A stretch of DNA of 64,000 nt from positions 4,650,001-4,714,000 of the forward strand of contig CM082590.2 in the NCBI GenBank assembly GCA_040954595.2, in the 5' to 3' direction. The number at the start of each line of letters is the position of its first letter. Within the stretch, counting starts at the first letter, position 1. The notes under the pieces are model-generated. The model ran no database searches. It was not told where the DNA came from and saw only the letters and a program-made list of their open reading frames with translations. Position numbers and translations under genes: made by a program. This document shows positions 38,380-51,199 of this stretch, in pieces. The DNA is from Balanoglossus misakiensis (lineage: Eukaryota > Animalia > Hemichordata).

Positions 38380-41300
38380 CACAACTACGGAAAACACAGA
38401 GGCCAGAATGTGACGAGAGAGTAGTCACAGACACCCAAAAATGTCGACAATTCGAATATGAATTCGAAAACACAACCACGGCAAACACAGAGGCCAGAAT
38501 GTGACGAGAGAGTAGTCACAGACACCCAAAAATGTCGACAATTCGAATAAGAATTCGAAAACACAATCACGGCAAACACAGAGGCCAGAATGTGACGAGA
38601 GAGTAGTCACAGACACCCAAAAATGTCGACAATTCGAATATGAATTCGAAAACACAACCACGGCAAACACAGAGGCCAGAATGTGACGAGAGAGTAGTCA
38701 CAGACACCCAAAAATGTCGACAATTCGAATATGAATTCGAAAACACAACCACGGCAAACACAGAGGCCAGAATGTGACGAGAGAGTAGTCACAGACACCC
38801 AAAAATGTCGACAATTCGAATAAGAATTCGAAAACACAACCACAGCAAACACAGAGGCCAGAATGTGACGAGAGAGTAGTCACAGACACCCAAAAATGTC
38901 GACAATTCGAATAAGAATTCGAAAACACAACCACGGCAAACACAGAGGCCAGAATGTGACGAGAGAGTAGTCACAGACACCCAAAAATGTCGACAATTCG
39001 AATAAGAATTCGAAAACACAACCACGGCAAACACAGAGGCCAGAATGTGACGAGAGAGTAGTCACAGACACCCAAAAATGTCGACAATTCGAATATGAAT
39101 TCGAAAACACAACCACGGCAAACACAGAGGCCACAATGTGACGAGAGAGTAGTCACAGACACCCAAAAATGTCGACAATTCGAATATGAATTCGAAAACA
39201 CAACCACGGCAAACACAGAGGCCAGAATGTGACGAGAGAGTAGTCACAGACACCCAAAAATGTCGACAGTTCGAATATGAATTCGAAAACACAACCACGG
39301 CAAACACAGAGGCCAGAATGTGACGAGAGAGTAGTCACAGACACCCAAAAATGTCGACAATTCGAATAAGAATTCGAAAACACAACCACGGCAAACACAG
39401 AGGCCAGAATGTGACGAGAGAGTAGTCACAGACACCCAAAAATGTCGACAATTCGAATAAGAATTCGAAAACACAACCACGGCAAACACAGAGGCCAGAA
39501 TGTGACGAGAGAGTAGTCACAGACACCCAAAAATGTCGACAATTCGAATAAGAATTCGAAAACACAACCACGGCAAACACAGAGGCCAGAATGTGACGAG
39601 AGAGTAGTCACAGACACCCAAAAATGTCGACAATTCGAATATGAATTCGAAAAACACAACTACGGCAAACACAGAGGCCAGAATGTGACGAGAGAGTAAT
39701 CACAGACACCCAAAAGTGTCGACAATTCGAATATGAATTCGAAAAACACAACTACGGCAAACACAGAGGCCAGAATGTGACGAGAGAGTAGTCACAGACA
39801 CCCAAAAATGTCGACAATTCGAATATGAATTCGAAAACACAACCACGGCAAACACAGAGGCCAGAATGTGACGAGAGAGTAGTCACAGACACCCAAAAAT
39901 GTCGACAATTCGAATATGAATTCGAAAAACACAACTACGGCAAACACAGAGGCCAGAATGTGACGAGAGAGTAGTCACAGACACCCAAAAATGTCGACAA
40001 TTCGAATAAGAATTCGAAAACACAACCACGGCAAACACAGAGGCCAGAATGTGACGAGAGAGTAGTCACAGACACCCAAAAATGTGGACAGTTCGAATAA
40101 GAATTCGAAAACACAACCACGGCAAACACAGAGGCCAGAATGTGACGAGAGAGTAGTCACAGACACCCAAAAATGTGTACAATTCGAATATGAATTCGAA
40201 AACACAACCACGGCAAACACAGAGGCCAGAATGTGACGAGAGAGTGGTCACAGACACCCAAAAATGTCGACAATTCGAATATGAATTCGAAAACACAACC
40301 ACGGCAAACACAGAGGCCAGAATGTGACGAGAGAGTAGTCACAGACACCCAAAAGTGTCGACAATTCGAATAAGAATTCGAAAACACAACCACGGCAAAC
40401 ACAGAGGCCAGAATGTGACGAGAGAGTAGTCACAGACACCCAAAAATGTCGACAGTTCGAATAAGAATTCGAAAACACAACCACGGCAAACACAGAGGCC
40501 AGAATGTGACGAGAGAGTAGTCACAGACACCCAAAAATGTGGACAGTTCGAATAAGAATTCGAAAACACAACCACGGCAAACACAGAGGCCAGAATGTGA
40601 CGAGAGAGTAGTCACAGACACCCAAAAATGTCGACAATTCGAATAAGAATTCGAAAACACAACTAGGCAAACACAGAGGCCAGAATGCGACGAGAGAGTA
40701 GTCACAGACACCCAAAAATGTGGACAGTTCGAATAAGAATTCGAAAACACAACCACGGCAAACACAGAGGCCAGAATGTGACGAGAGAGTAGTCACAGAC
40801 ACCCAAAAATGTCGACAATTCGAATAAGAATTCGAAAACACAACCACGGCAAACACAGAGGCCAGAATGTGACGAGAGAGTAGTCACAGACACCCAAAAA
40901 TGTCGACAATTCGAATAAGAATTCGAAAACACAACCACGGCAAACACAGAGGCCAGAATGTGACGAGAGAGTAGTCACAGACACCCAAAAATGTCGACAA
41001 TTCGAATATGAATTCGAAAACACAACCACGGCAAACACAGAGGCCACAATGTGAAGAGAGAGTAGTCACAGACACCCAAAAATGTCGACAATTCGAATAT
41101 GAATTCGAAAACACAACCACGGCAAACACAGAGGCCAGAATGTGACGAGAGAGTAGTCACAGACACCCAAAAATGTCGACAGTTCGAATATGAATTCGAA
41201 AACACAACCACGGCAAACACAGAGGCCAGAATGTGACGAGAGAGTAGTCACAGACACCCAAAAATGTCGACAATTCGAATAAGAATTCGAAAACACAACC

Positions 41301-44300
41301 ACGGCAAACACAGAGGCCAGAATGTGACGAGAGAGTAGTCACAGACACCCAAAAATGTCGACAATTCAAATAAGAATTCGAAAACACAACCACGGCAAAC
41401 ACAGAGGCCAGAATGTGACGAGAGAGTAGTCACAGACACCCAAAAATGTCGACAATTCGAATAAGAATTCGAAAACACAACCACGGCAAACACAGAGGCC
41501 AGAATGTGACGAGAGAGTAGTCACAGACACCCAAAAATGTCGACAATTCGAATATGAATTCGAAAAACACAACTACGGCAAACACAGAGGCCAGAATGTG
41601 ACGAGAGAGTAATCACAGACACCCAAAAGTGTCGACAATTCGAATATGAATTCGAAAAACACAACTACGGCAAACACAGAGGCCAGAATGTGACGAGAGA
41701 GTAGTCACAGACACCCAAAAATGTCGACAATTCGAATATGAATTCGAAAACACAACCACGGCAAACACAGAGGCCAGAATGTGACGAGAGAGTAGTCACA
41801 GACACCCAAAAGTGTCGACAATTCGAATAAGAATTCGAAAACACAACCACGGCAAACACAGAGGCCAGAATGTGACGAGAGAGTAGTCACAGACACCCAA
41901 AAATGTCGACAGTTCGAATAAGAATTCGAAAACACAACCACGGCAAACACAGAGGCCAGAATGTGACGAGAGAGTAGTCACAGACACCCAAAAATGTGGA
42001 CAGTTCGAATAAGAATTCGAAAACACAACCACGGCAAACACAGAGGCCAGAATGTGACGAGAGAGTAGTCACAGACACCCAAAAATGACGACAATTCGAA
42101 TAAGAATTCGAAAACACAACTAGGCAAACACAGAGGCCAGAATGCGACGAGAGAGTAGTCACAGACACCCAAAAATGTGGACAGTTCGAATAAGAATTCG
42201 AAAACACAACCACGGCAAACACAGAAGCCAGAATGTGACGAGAGAGTAGTCACAGACACCCAAAAATGTCGACAATTCGAATATGAATTCGAAAACACAA
42301 CCACGGCAAACACAGAGGCCAGAATGTGACGAGAGAGTAGTCACAGACACCCAAAAATGTCGACAATTCGAATAAGAATTCGAAAACACAACCACGGCAA
42401 ACACAGAGGCCAGAATGTGACGAGAGAGTAGTCACAGACACCCAAAAATGTCGACAATTCGAATAAGAATTCGAAAACACAACCACGGCAAACACAGAGG
42501 CCAGAATGTGACGAGAGAGTAGTCACAGACACCCAAAAATGTCGACAATTCGAATATGAATTCGAAAAACACAACTACGGCAAACACAGAGGCCAGAATG
42601 TGACGAGAGAGTAATCACAGACACCCAAAAGTGTCGACAATTCGAATATGAATTCGAAAAACACAACTACGGCAAACACAGAGGCCAGAATGTGACGAGA
42701 GAGTAGTCACAGACACCCAAAAATGTCGACAATTCGAATATGAATTCGAAAACACAACCACGGCAAACACAGAGGCCAGAATGTGACGAGAGAGTAGTCA
42801 CAGACACCAAAAAATGTCGACAGTTCGAATAAGAATTCGAAAACACAACCACGGCAAACACAGAGGCCAGAATGTGACGAGAGAGTAGTCACAGACACCC
42901 AAAAATGTGGACAGTTCGAATAAGAATTCGAAAACACAACCACGGCAAACACAGAGGCCAGAATGTGACGAGAGAGTAGTCACAGACACCCAAAAGTGTC
43001 GACAATTCGAATAAGAATTCGAAAACACAACCACGGCAAACACAGAGGCCACAATGTGACGAGAGAGTAGTCACAGACACCCAAAAGTGTCGACAATTCG
43101 AATAAGAATTCGAAAACACAACCACGGCAAACACAGACGCCAGAATGTGACGAGAGAGTAGTCACAGACACCCAAAAATGTCGACAGTTCGAATAAGAAT
43201 TCGAAAACACAACCACGGCAAACACAGAGGCCAGAATGTGACGAGAGAGCAGTCACAGACACCCAAAAATGTGGACAGTTCGAATAAGAATTCGAAAACA
43301 CAACCACTGCAAACACAGAGGCCAGAATGTGACGAGAGAGTAGTCACAGACACCCAAAAATGTCGACAATTCGAATAAGAATTCGAAAACACAACTAGGC
43401 AAACACAGAGGCCAGAATGCGACGAGAGAGTAGTCACAGACACCCAAAAATGTGGACAGTTCGAATAAGAATTCGAAAACACAACCACGGCAAACACAGA
43501 GGCCAGAATGTGACGAGAGAGTAGTCACAGACACCCAAAAATGTCGACAATTCGAATATGAATTCGAAAACACAACCACGGCAAACACAGAGGCCAGAAT
43601 GTGACGAGAGAGTAGTCACAGACACCCAAAAATGTCGACAATTCGAATAAGAATTCGAAAACACAACCACGGCAAACACAGAGGCCACAATGTGACGAGA
43701 GAGTAATCACAGACACCCAAAAATGTCGACAATTCGAATAAGAATTCGAAAACACAACCACGGCAAACACAGAGGCCAGAATGTGACGAGAGAGTAGTCA
43801 CAGACACCCAAAAATGTCGACAATTCAAATAAGAATTCGAAAACACAACCACGGCAAACACAGAGGCCAGAATGTGACGAGAGAGTAGTCACAGACACCC
43901 AAAAATGTCGACAATTCGAATAAGAATTCGAAAACACAACCACGGCAAACACAGAGGCCAGAATGTGACGAGAGAGTAGTCACAGACACCCAAAAATGTC
44001 GACAATTCGAATAAGAATTCGAAAACACAACCACGGCAAACACAGAGGCGAGAATGTGACGAGAGAGTAGTCACAGACACCCAAAAATGTCGACAATTCG
44101 AATAAGAATTCGAAAACACAACCACGGCAAACACAGAGGCCAGAATGTGACGAGAGAGTAGTCACAGACACCCAAAAATGTCGACACTTCGAATAAGAAT
44201 TCGAAAACACAACCACGGCAAACACAGAGGCCACAATGTGACGAGAGAGTAGTCACAGACACCCAAAAATGTGGACAATTCGAATATGAATTCGAAAACA

Positions 44301-47300
44301 CAACTAGGCAAACACAGAGGCCAGAATGTGACGAGAGAGTAGTCACAGACACCCAAAAATGTCGACAATTCGAATATGAATTCGAAAACACAACTAGGCA
44401 AACACAGAGGCCAGAATGTGACGAGAGAGTAATCACAGACACCCAAAAATGTCGACAATTTGAATATGAATTCGAAAACACAACTAGGCAAACACAGAGG
44501 CCAGAATGTGACGAGAGAGTAGTCACAGACACCCAAAAATGTCGACAATTCGAATATGAATTCGAAAACACAACCACGGCAAACACAGAGGCCAGAATGT
44601 GACCAGAGAGTAGTCACAGACACCCAAAAATGTCGACAATTCGAATAAGAATTCGAAAACACAACCACGGCAAACACAGAGGCCAGAATGTGACGAGAGA
44701 GTAGTCACAGACACCCAAAAATGTCGACAATTCGAATAAGAATTCGAAAACACAACCACGGCAAACACAGAGGCCAGAATGTGACGAGAGAGTAGTCACA
44801 GACACCCAAAAATGTCGACAATTCGAATATGAATTCGAAAACACAACCACGGCAAACACAGAGGCCAGAATGTGACGAGAGAGTAGTCACAGACACCCAA
44901 AAATGTCGACAATTCGAATAAGAATTCGAAAACACAACCACGGCAAACACAGAGGCCAGAATGTGACGAGAGAGTAGTCACAGACACCCAACAATGCTGA
45001 CAATTCGAATAAGAATTCGAAAACACAACCACGGCAAACACAGAGGCCAGAATGTGACGAGAGAGTAGTCACAGACACCCAAAAATGTGGACAATTCGAA
45101 TATGAATTCGAAAACACAACTAGGCAAACACAGAGGCCAGAATGTGACGAGAGAGTAGTCACAGACACCCAAAAATGTGGACAATTCGAATAAGAATTCG
45201 AAAACACAACCACAGCAAACACAGAGGCCAGAATGTGACGAGAGAGAAGTCACAGACACCCAAAAATGTCGACACTTCGAATAAGAATTCGAAAACACAA
45301 CCACGGCAAACACAGAGGCCAGAATGTGACGAGAGAGAAGTCACAGACGCCCAAAAATGTGGACAATTCGAATATGAATTCGAAAACACAACCACGGCAA
45401 ACACAGACGCCAGAATGTGACGAGAGAGTAGTCACAGACGCCCCAAAATGTGGACAATTCGAATAAGAATTCGAAAACACAACCACGGCAAACACAGAGG
45501 CCAGAATGTGACGAGAGAGTAGTCACAGACGCCCCAAAATGTCGACAATTCGAATAAGAATTCGAAAACACAACCACGGCAAACACAGACGCCAGAATGT
45601 GACGAGAGAGTAGTCACAGACGCCCCAAAATGTGGACAATTCGAATAAGAATTCGAAAACACAACCACGGCAAACACAGAGGCCAGAATGTGACGAGAGA
45701 GTAGTCACAGACGCCCCAAAATGTCGACAATTCGAATAAGAATTCGAAAACACAACCACGGCAAACACAGACGCCAGAATGTGACGAGAGAGTAGTCACA
45801 GACGCCCCAAAATGTCGACAATTCGAATAAGAATTCGAAAACACAACCACGGCAAACACAGACGCCAGAATGTGACGAGAGAGTAGTCACAGACGCCCCA
45901 AAATGTCGACAATTCGAATAAGAATTCGAAAACACAACCACGGCAAACACAGACGCCAGAATGTGACGAGAGAGTAGTCACAGACGCCCCAAAATGTGGA
46001 CAATTCGAATAAGAATTCGAAAACACAACCACGGCAAACACAGAGGCCAGAATGTGACGAGAGAGTAGTCACAGACGCCCCAAAATGTGGACAATTCGAA
46101 TAAGAATTCAAAAACACAACCACGGCAAACACAGAGGCCAGAATGTGACGAGAGAGTAGTCACAGACGCCCCAAAATGTCGACAATTCGAATAAGAATTC
46201 GAAAACACAACCACGGCAAACACAGACGCCAGAATGTGACGAGAGAGTAGTCACAGACGCCCCAAAATGTGGACAATTCGAATAAGAATTCGAAAACACA
46301 ACCACGGCAAACACAGAGGCCAGAATGTGACGAGAGAGTAGTCACAGACGCCCCAAAATGTCGACAATTCGAATAAGAATTCAAAAACACAACCACGGCA
46401 AACACAGACGCCAGAATGTGACGAGAGAGTAGTCACAGACGCCCCAAAATGTGGACAATTCGAATAAGAATTCGAAAACACAACCACGGCAAACACAGAG
46501 GCCAGAATGTGACGAGAGAGTAGTCACAGACACCCCAAAATGTCGACAATTCGAATAAGAATTCGAAAACACAACCACGGCAAACACAGAGGCCAGAATG
46601 TGACGAGAGAGTAGTCACAGACACCCAAAAATGTCGACAATTCGAATAAGAATTCGAAAACACAACCACGGCAAACACAGAGGCCAGAATGTGACGAGAG
46701 AGTAGTCACAGACGCCCCAAAATGTCGACAATTCGAATAAGAATTCGAAAACACAACTACGGCAAACACAGAGGCCAGAATGTGACGAGAGAGTAGTCAC
46801 AGACGCCCCAAAATGTCGACAATTCGAATAAGAATTCGAAAACACAACCACGGCAAACACAGAGGCCAGAATGACGAGAGAGTAGTCACAGACACCCAAA
46901 AATGTCGACAATTCGAATAAGAATTCAAAAACACAACCACGGCAAACACAGAGGCCAGAATGTGACGAGAGAGTAGTCACAGACGCCCCAAAATGTCGAC
47001 AATTCGAATAAGAATTCGAAAACACAACCACGGCAAACACAGAGGCCAGAATGACGAGAGAGTAGTCACAGACACCCAAAAATGTCGACAATTCGAATAA
47101 GAATTCGAAAACACAACCACGGCAAACACAGAGGCCAGAATGTGACGAGAGAGTAGTCACAGACGCCCCAAAATGTCGACAATTCGAATAAGAATTCGAA
47201 AACACAACCACGGCAAACACAGAGGCCAGAATGACGAGAGAGTAGTCACAGACACCCAAAAATGTCGACAATTCGAATATGAATTCGAAAACACAACCAC

Positions 47301-48206
47301 GGCAAACACAGAGGCCAGAATGTGACGAGAGAGTAGTCACAGACGCCCCAAAATGTCGACAATTCGAATAAGAATTCAAAAACACAACCACGGCAAACAC
47401 AGAGGCCAGAATGTGACGAGAGAGTAGTCACAGACACCCAAAAATGTCGACAATTCGAATAAGAATTCGAAAACACAACCACGGCAAACACAGAGGCCAC
47501 AATGTGACGAGAGAGTAGTCACAGACACCCAAAAATGTCGACAATTCGAATAAGAATTCGAAAACACAACCACGGCAAACACAGAGGCCAGAATGTGACG
47601 AGATAGTAGTCACAGACACCCAAAAATGTGGACAATTCGAATAAGAATTCGAAAACACAACCACGGCAAACACAGAGGCCAGAATGTGACGAGAGAGTAG
47701 TCACAGACACCCAAAAATGTGGACAATTCGAATAAGAATTCGAAAACACAACCACGGCAAACACAGAGGCCAGAATGTGACGAGAGAGTAGTCACAGACA
47801 CCCAAAAATGTCGACAATTCGAATATGAATTCGAAAACACAACCACGGCAAACACAGAGGCCAGAATGTGACGAGAGAGTAGTCACAGACACCCAAAAAT
47901 GTCGACAATTCGAATAAGAATTCGAAAACACAACCACGGCAAACACAGAGGCCAGAATGTGACGAGAGAGTAGTCACAGACACCCAAAAATGTCGACAAT
48001 TCGAATAAGAATTCGAAAACACAACCACGGCAAACACAGAGGCCAGAATGTGACGAGAGAGTAGTCACAGACACCCAAAATGTCGACAATTCGAATAGGA
48101 ATTCGAAAACACAACCACGGCAAACACAGAGGCCAGAATGTGACGAGAGAGTAGTCACAGACACCCAAAAATGTCGACAATTCGAATAGGAATTCGAAAA
48201 CACAAC
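38380..48206. repeat. 91-bp satellite array, ~108 copies
   Basis: Unit GGCAAACACAGAGGCCAGAATGTGACGAGAGAGTAGTCACAGACACCCAAAAATGTCGACAATTCGAATAWGAATTCGAAAACACAACCAC repeated head-to-tail with no unique spacers. Confidence 0.99.
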
Positions 48207-48247
48207 AGAGAGAGTACTCCGAGACATCCAAAAATTTTGAAAATATT

Positions 48248-48377
48248 CATACATGCATACATACATACATACATACATACAGACAGACAGACATACAGAC
48301 AGACAGACAGACAGACATACATACATACATATATATACAATACATACATACATACATACATACATACATACATACAT

Positions 48378-48413
<36 letters not shown>

Positions 48414-48772
48414 GGGTACATGCAAACATACAATGACACAAATAAATATATAAATAAATGAGTGAATGAATAAATGAATGAATGAATGAATGTATGTATG
48501 TATGTATGTATGTATGTATGTATGTATGTATGTATGTATGTATGTATGTATGTATGTATGTATGTATGTATGTATGTCTGTATGTATGTCTGTATGTATG
48601 TCTGTATGTATGTATGTATGTATGTATGTATGTATGTATGTATGTATGTATGTATGTATGTATGTATGTATGTATGTATGTATGTATGTATGTATGTATG
48701 TATGTATGTATGTATGTATGTATGTATGTATGTATGTATGTATGAATGGATGGATGGATGGATGGATGAATG
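48248..48772. repeat. Compound microsatellite (CATA)n/(GACA)n/(CA)n followed by (GAAT)n/(TATG)n/(GGAT)n
   Basis: Seen directly. Confidence 0.98.
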
Positions 48773-50139
48773 AAGTACAATACTAGTAAATCATGCCTAT
48801 ATCCAGTACATTCTGGAAAAATGACCGTCCAAGTTTATAGAGAGAGAGAGAGAGAGCCAGTCAAACAAGTTTCAATGTTGGTCAACTGTTCATTGTCATA
48901 TTTGCTTTCTGTATCAATAGAGGACTAATGCTGTAAACCCTTTGTATTCTGTTTACCATTCAGCTTTGATATCTTAACTTGACTTTTTCTTTATATGTGG
49001 GTGCAATTATGCTATAAAGCTAAACAGTAAACACCTGAAGGCTGCTGTACCCTGTGCAATTAACGTAAATTTACACTAAGTGCTTGCTACATGCAATGCT
49101 TATTGTGCCTATAGGATTCAACAACCTTCAGGTTATGCTGAATAAATCATGGTGATAATTTAGCAGTGTTGGCAAACTGAAGTGAACAATTTAGTTTTAA
49201 CCTACTTAAACCCTCTCTCTCTCTCTCTGACACAATGACAAAAAATGCTATCAGAATAATACATTTGTAATACAGATCATATAAATGAGGAAGGGATTGA
49301 TCAATGTTCAATTTCGTCCCGTGGGAGAAGTTCTATTCTTGGAATGACGATGGAATCAAAGTCAGTAAAATAAAGTCATCCTGGAAGGAAACTTCTCTGC
49401 ATCCAATTCACTGGGGCTTCTGCATTCATACATGTATCCTCTTCTTGCCTATGCACAGAAAGACGACATAACACTCACCTTGTATTGATTGATTGATTAC
49501 AGCAAATAAGAGACATTCAACATTCACACAGAAACGAAAATATGCTCCTGTCAAACACTGAACATGGGTTAAAAAGGGGCCCAGGATGTGACAACATCTG
49601 ATCAGGTCACTTCTTGATCACTATGTAATACGGTGGTAGAACACACTTGGGCCCCACTTTTGTATTTTTGTCTGGCGTGACACTCCCTTAAAACTCTACC
49701 AAATGAAGATAAGCCCCCGTCAAAAGAGTGAATTGAAGTCCGCGAAACTACAAGTTAAAGAATCTGCTGATTTTCATCAGGCAATGAACTGGTTGAATGC
49801 ATATTGGAAGAGAAAGCAATAGGATGGATTGGACATCAGTTACAGTATTCCGTGTATGGCGTTGACTCCTCTCTCTGTACAGCGATTATGAATAAGTGGA
49901 AAGACCAGCTCTGGGCATAAATGCTATAAAATCAGACCCAGTTCATCATGCATTGCTGGATGAATATTTATCCCGACTGAAGCACACAGTATATACCGAC
50001 CATGTGCACTTCCAGTGTTTTTATATAATATGGATGTGTATAGGAGCATTTCAGGGGGTGGGGTGGGGGGGGGGGGGAGCTTGCTATCAAGTAAAATGAA
50101 GGAATGCATCGACTTTTATTATCAGTGGCCCGTAAGGTT

Positions 50140-51170
50140 AATGCTATGTTACCTTTGAAGTGCTTGGCGGCTATACCGGTACAAGCATGCACAGATCTAT
50201 GTTGATAGACGTTACTCATCACAGGGACCAGTGACTGTTATCTGCAAAAATGAAAAATATGCCAATAAGTATTTCTGTGTCAAACAGCACGGCAAAATGT
50301 ATCTATGGACAGAGATGATCTCCTGTCTTCATGAACAATACAATACGTTGTACAGGGGCCTCCAAATGAGCAATTAAATTCCATGCTGTCATCCATGGCG
50401 TCTAGGAAATCTTTAAGAGAATAAGAATTATCTTATATTACCCTCAGCCACCACTTGGCTGCAATACAGGCATGTACACACATCCAGTTCGACAGATCAA
50501 TGTTGATCACCAGAGAGAAACCATTATCTGCAAAAATGGAAAATATGACAAAGTATTTTAGTGTCAAAAAATCAGGCAGTAAAGTGTAAGGATAATCTCC
50601 TGGATGGACAATACAATAAGTCACACACGGCCCTCCAAAATGAGCAATTAAATTAAATGCATTCATCTATGGGGTCTAGGAAATCTTAAAGAGAATAAGA
50701 ATTATCTTATGTTACCCTCAGACATCACTTGGCTGCAATACAGGCATGAACACACATCCAGTTCGACAGATCAATGTTGATCACCAGAGAGAAACTATTA
50801 TCTACAAAAATGGAAAATATGACAAAGTATTTTAGTGTCAAAAAATCAGGCAGTAAAGTGTAAGGATAATCTCCTGGATGGACAATACAATAAGTCACAC
50901 ACGGCCCTCCAAAATGAGCAATTAAATTCTATGCTGTCATCAATGGGGTAAAGGAAATCTTAGAAGAACAAAAATTATCTTATGTTACCCTTGCAAACTA
51001 CTGGACTGCTTTACAGGCTTGAATATACATCTAGTTTGGCAGATTTTGATCAACAGCTAGATACCCCTTTCTGCAAAAAAATGGAAAATATGCCAATAAG
51101 TATTTCTGTGTCAAACAACATAATGGTAAAATATATCTATGGACAGAGATGATCTCCTGTCTTCATGAAT
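50140..51170 (-). repeat. Diverged tandem repeat (~275-290 bp x4), each unit holding an 82-89-nt exon-like cassette
   Basis: Cassettes 50153-50241, 50442-50527, 50716-50801 and 50989-51070, each bounded by TTTTTGYAG and GTAAYAT on the minus strand. Confidence 0.7.
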
Positions 51171-51199
51171 GTAATGTACTTCAATGGCTGGTTACTCAA

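Noticed and set aside
38380-48206. CRISPR-like array, or the ~100 overlapping 81-aa ORFs as genes
   Set aside because: No unique spacers and no cas genes; the ORFs arise from a 91-bp unit cycling through reading frames.
47883-48786. MYVC/IHTY-repeat ORFs
   Set aside because: Translations of tetranucleotide microsatellites.
49700-49965. Possible LINE or protein fragment (IGWIGHQLQ)
   Set aside because: Similarity too slight and the frame is broken by stops.
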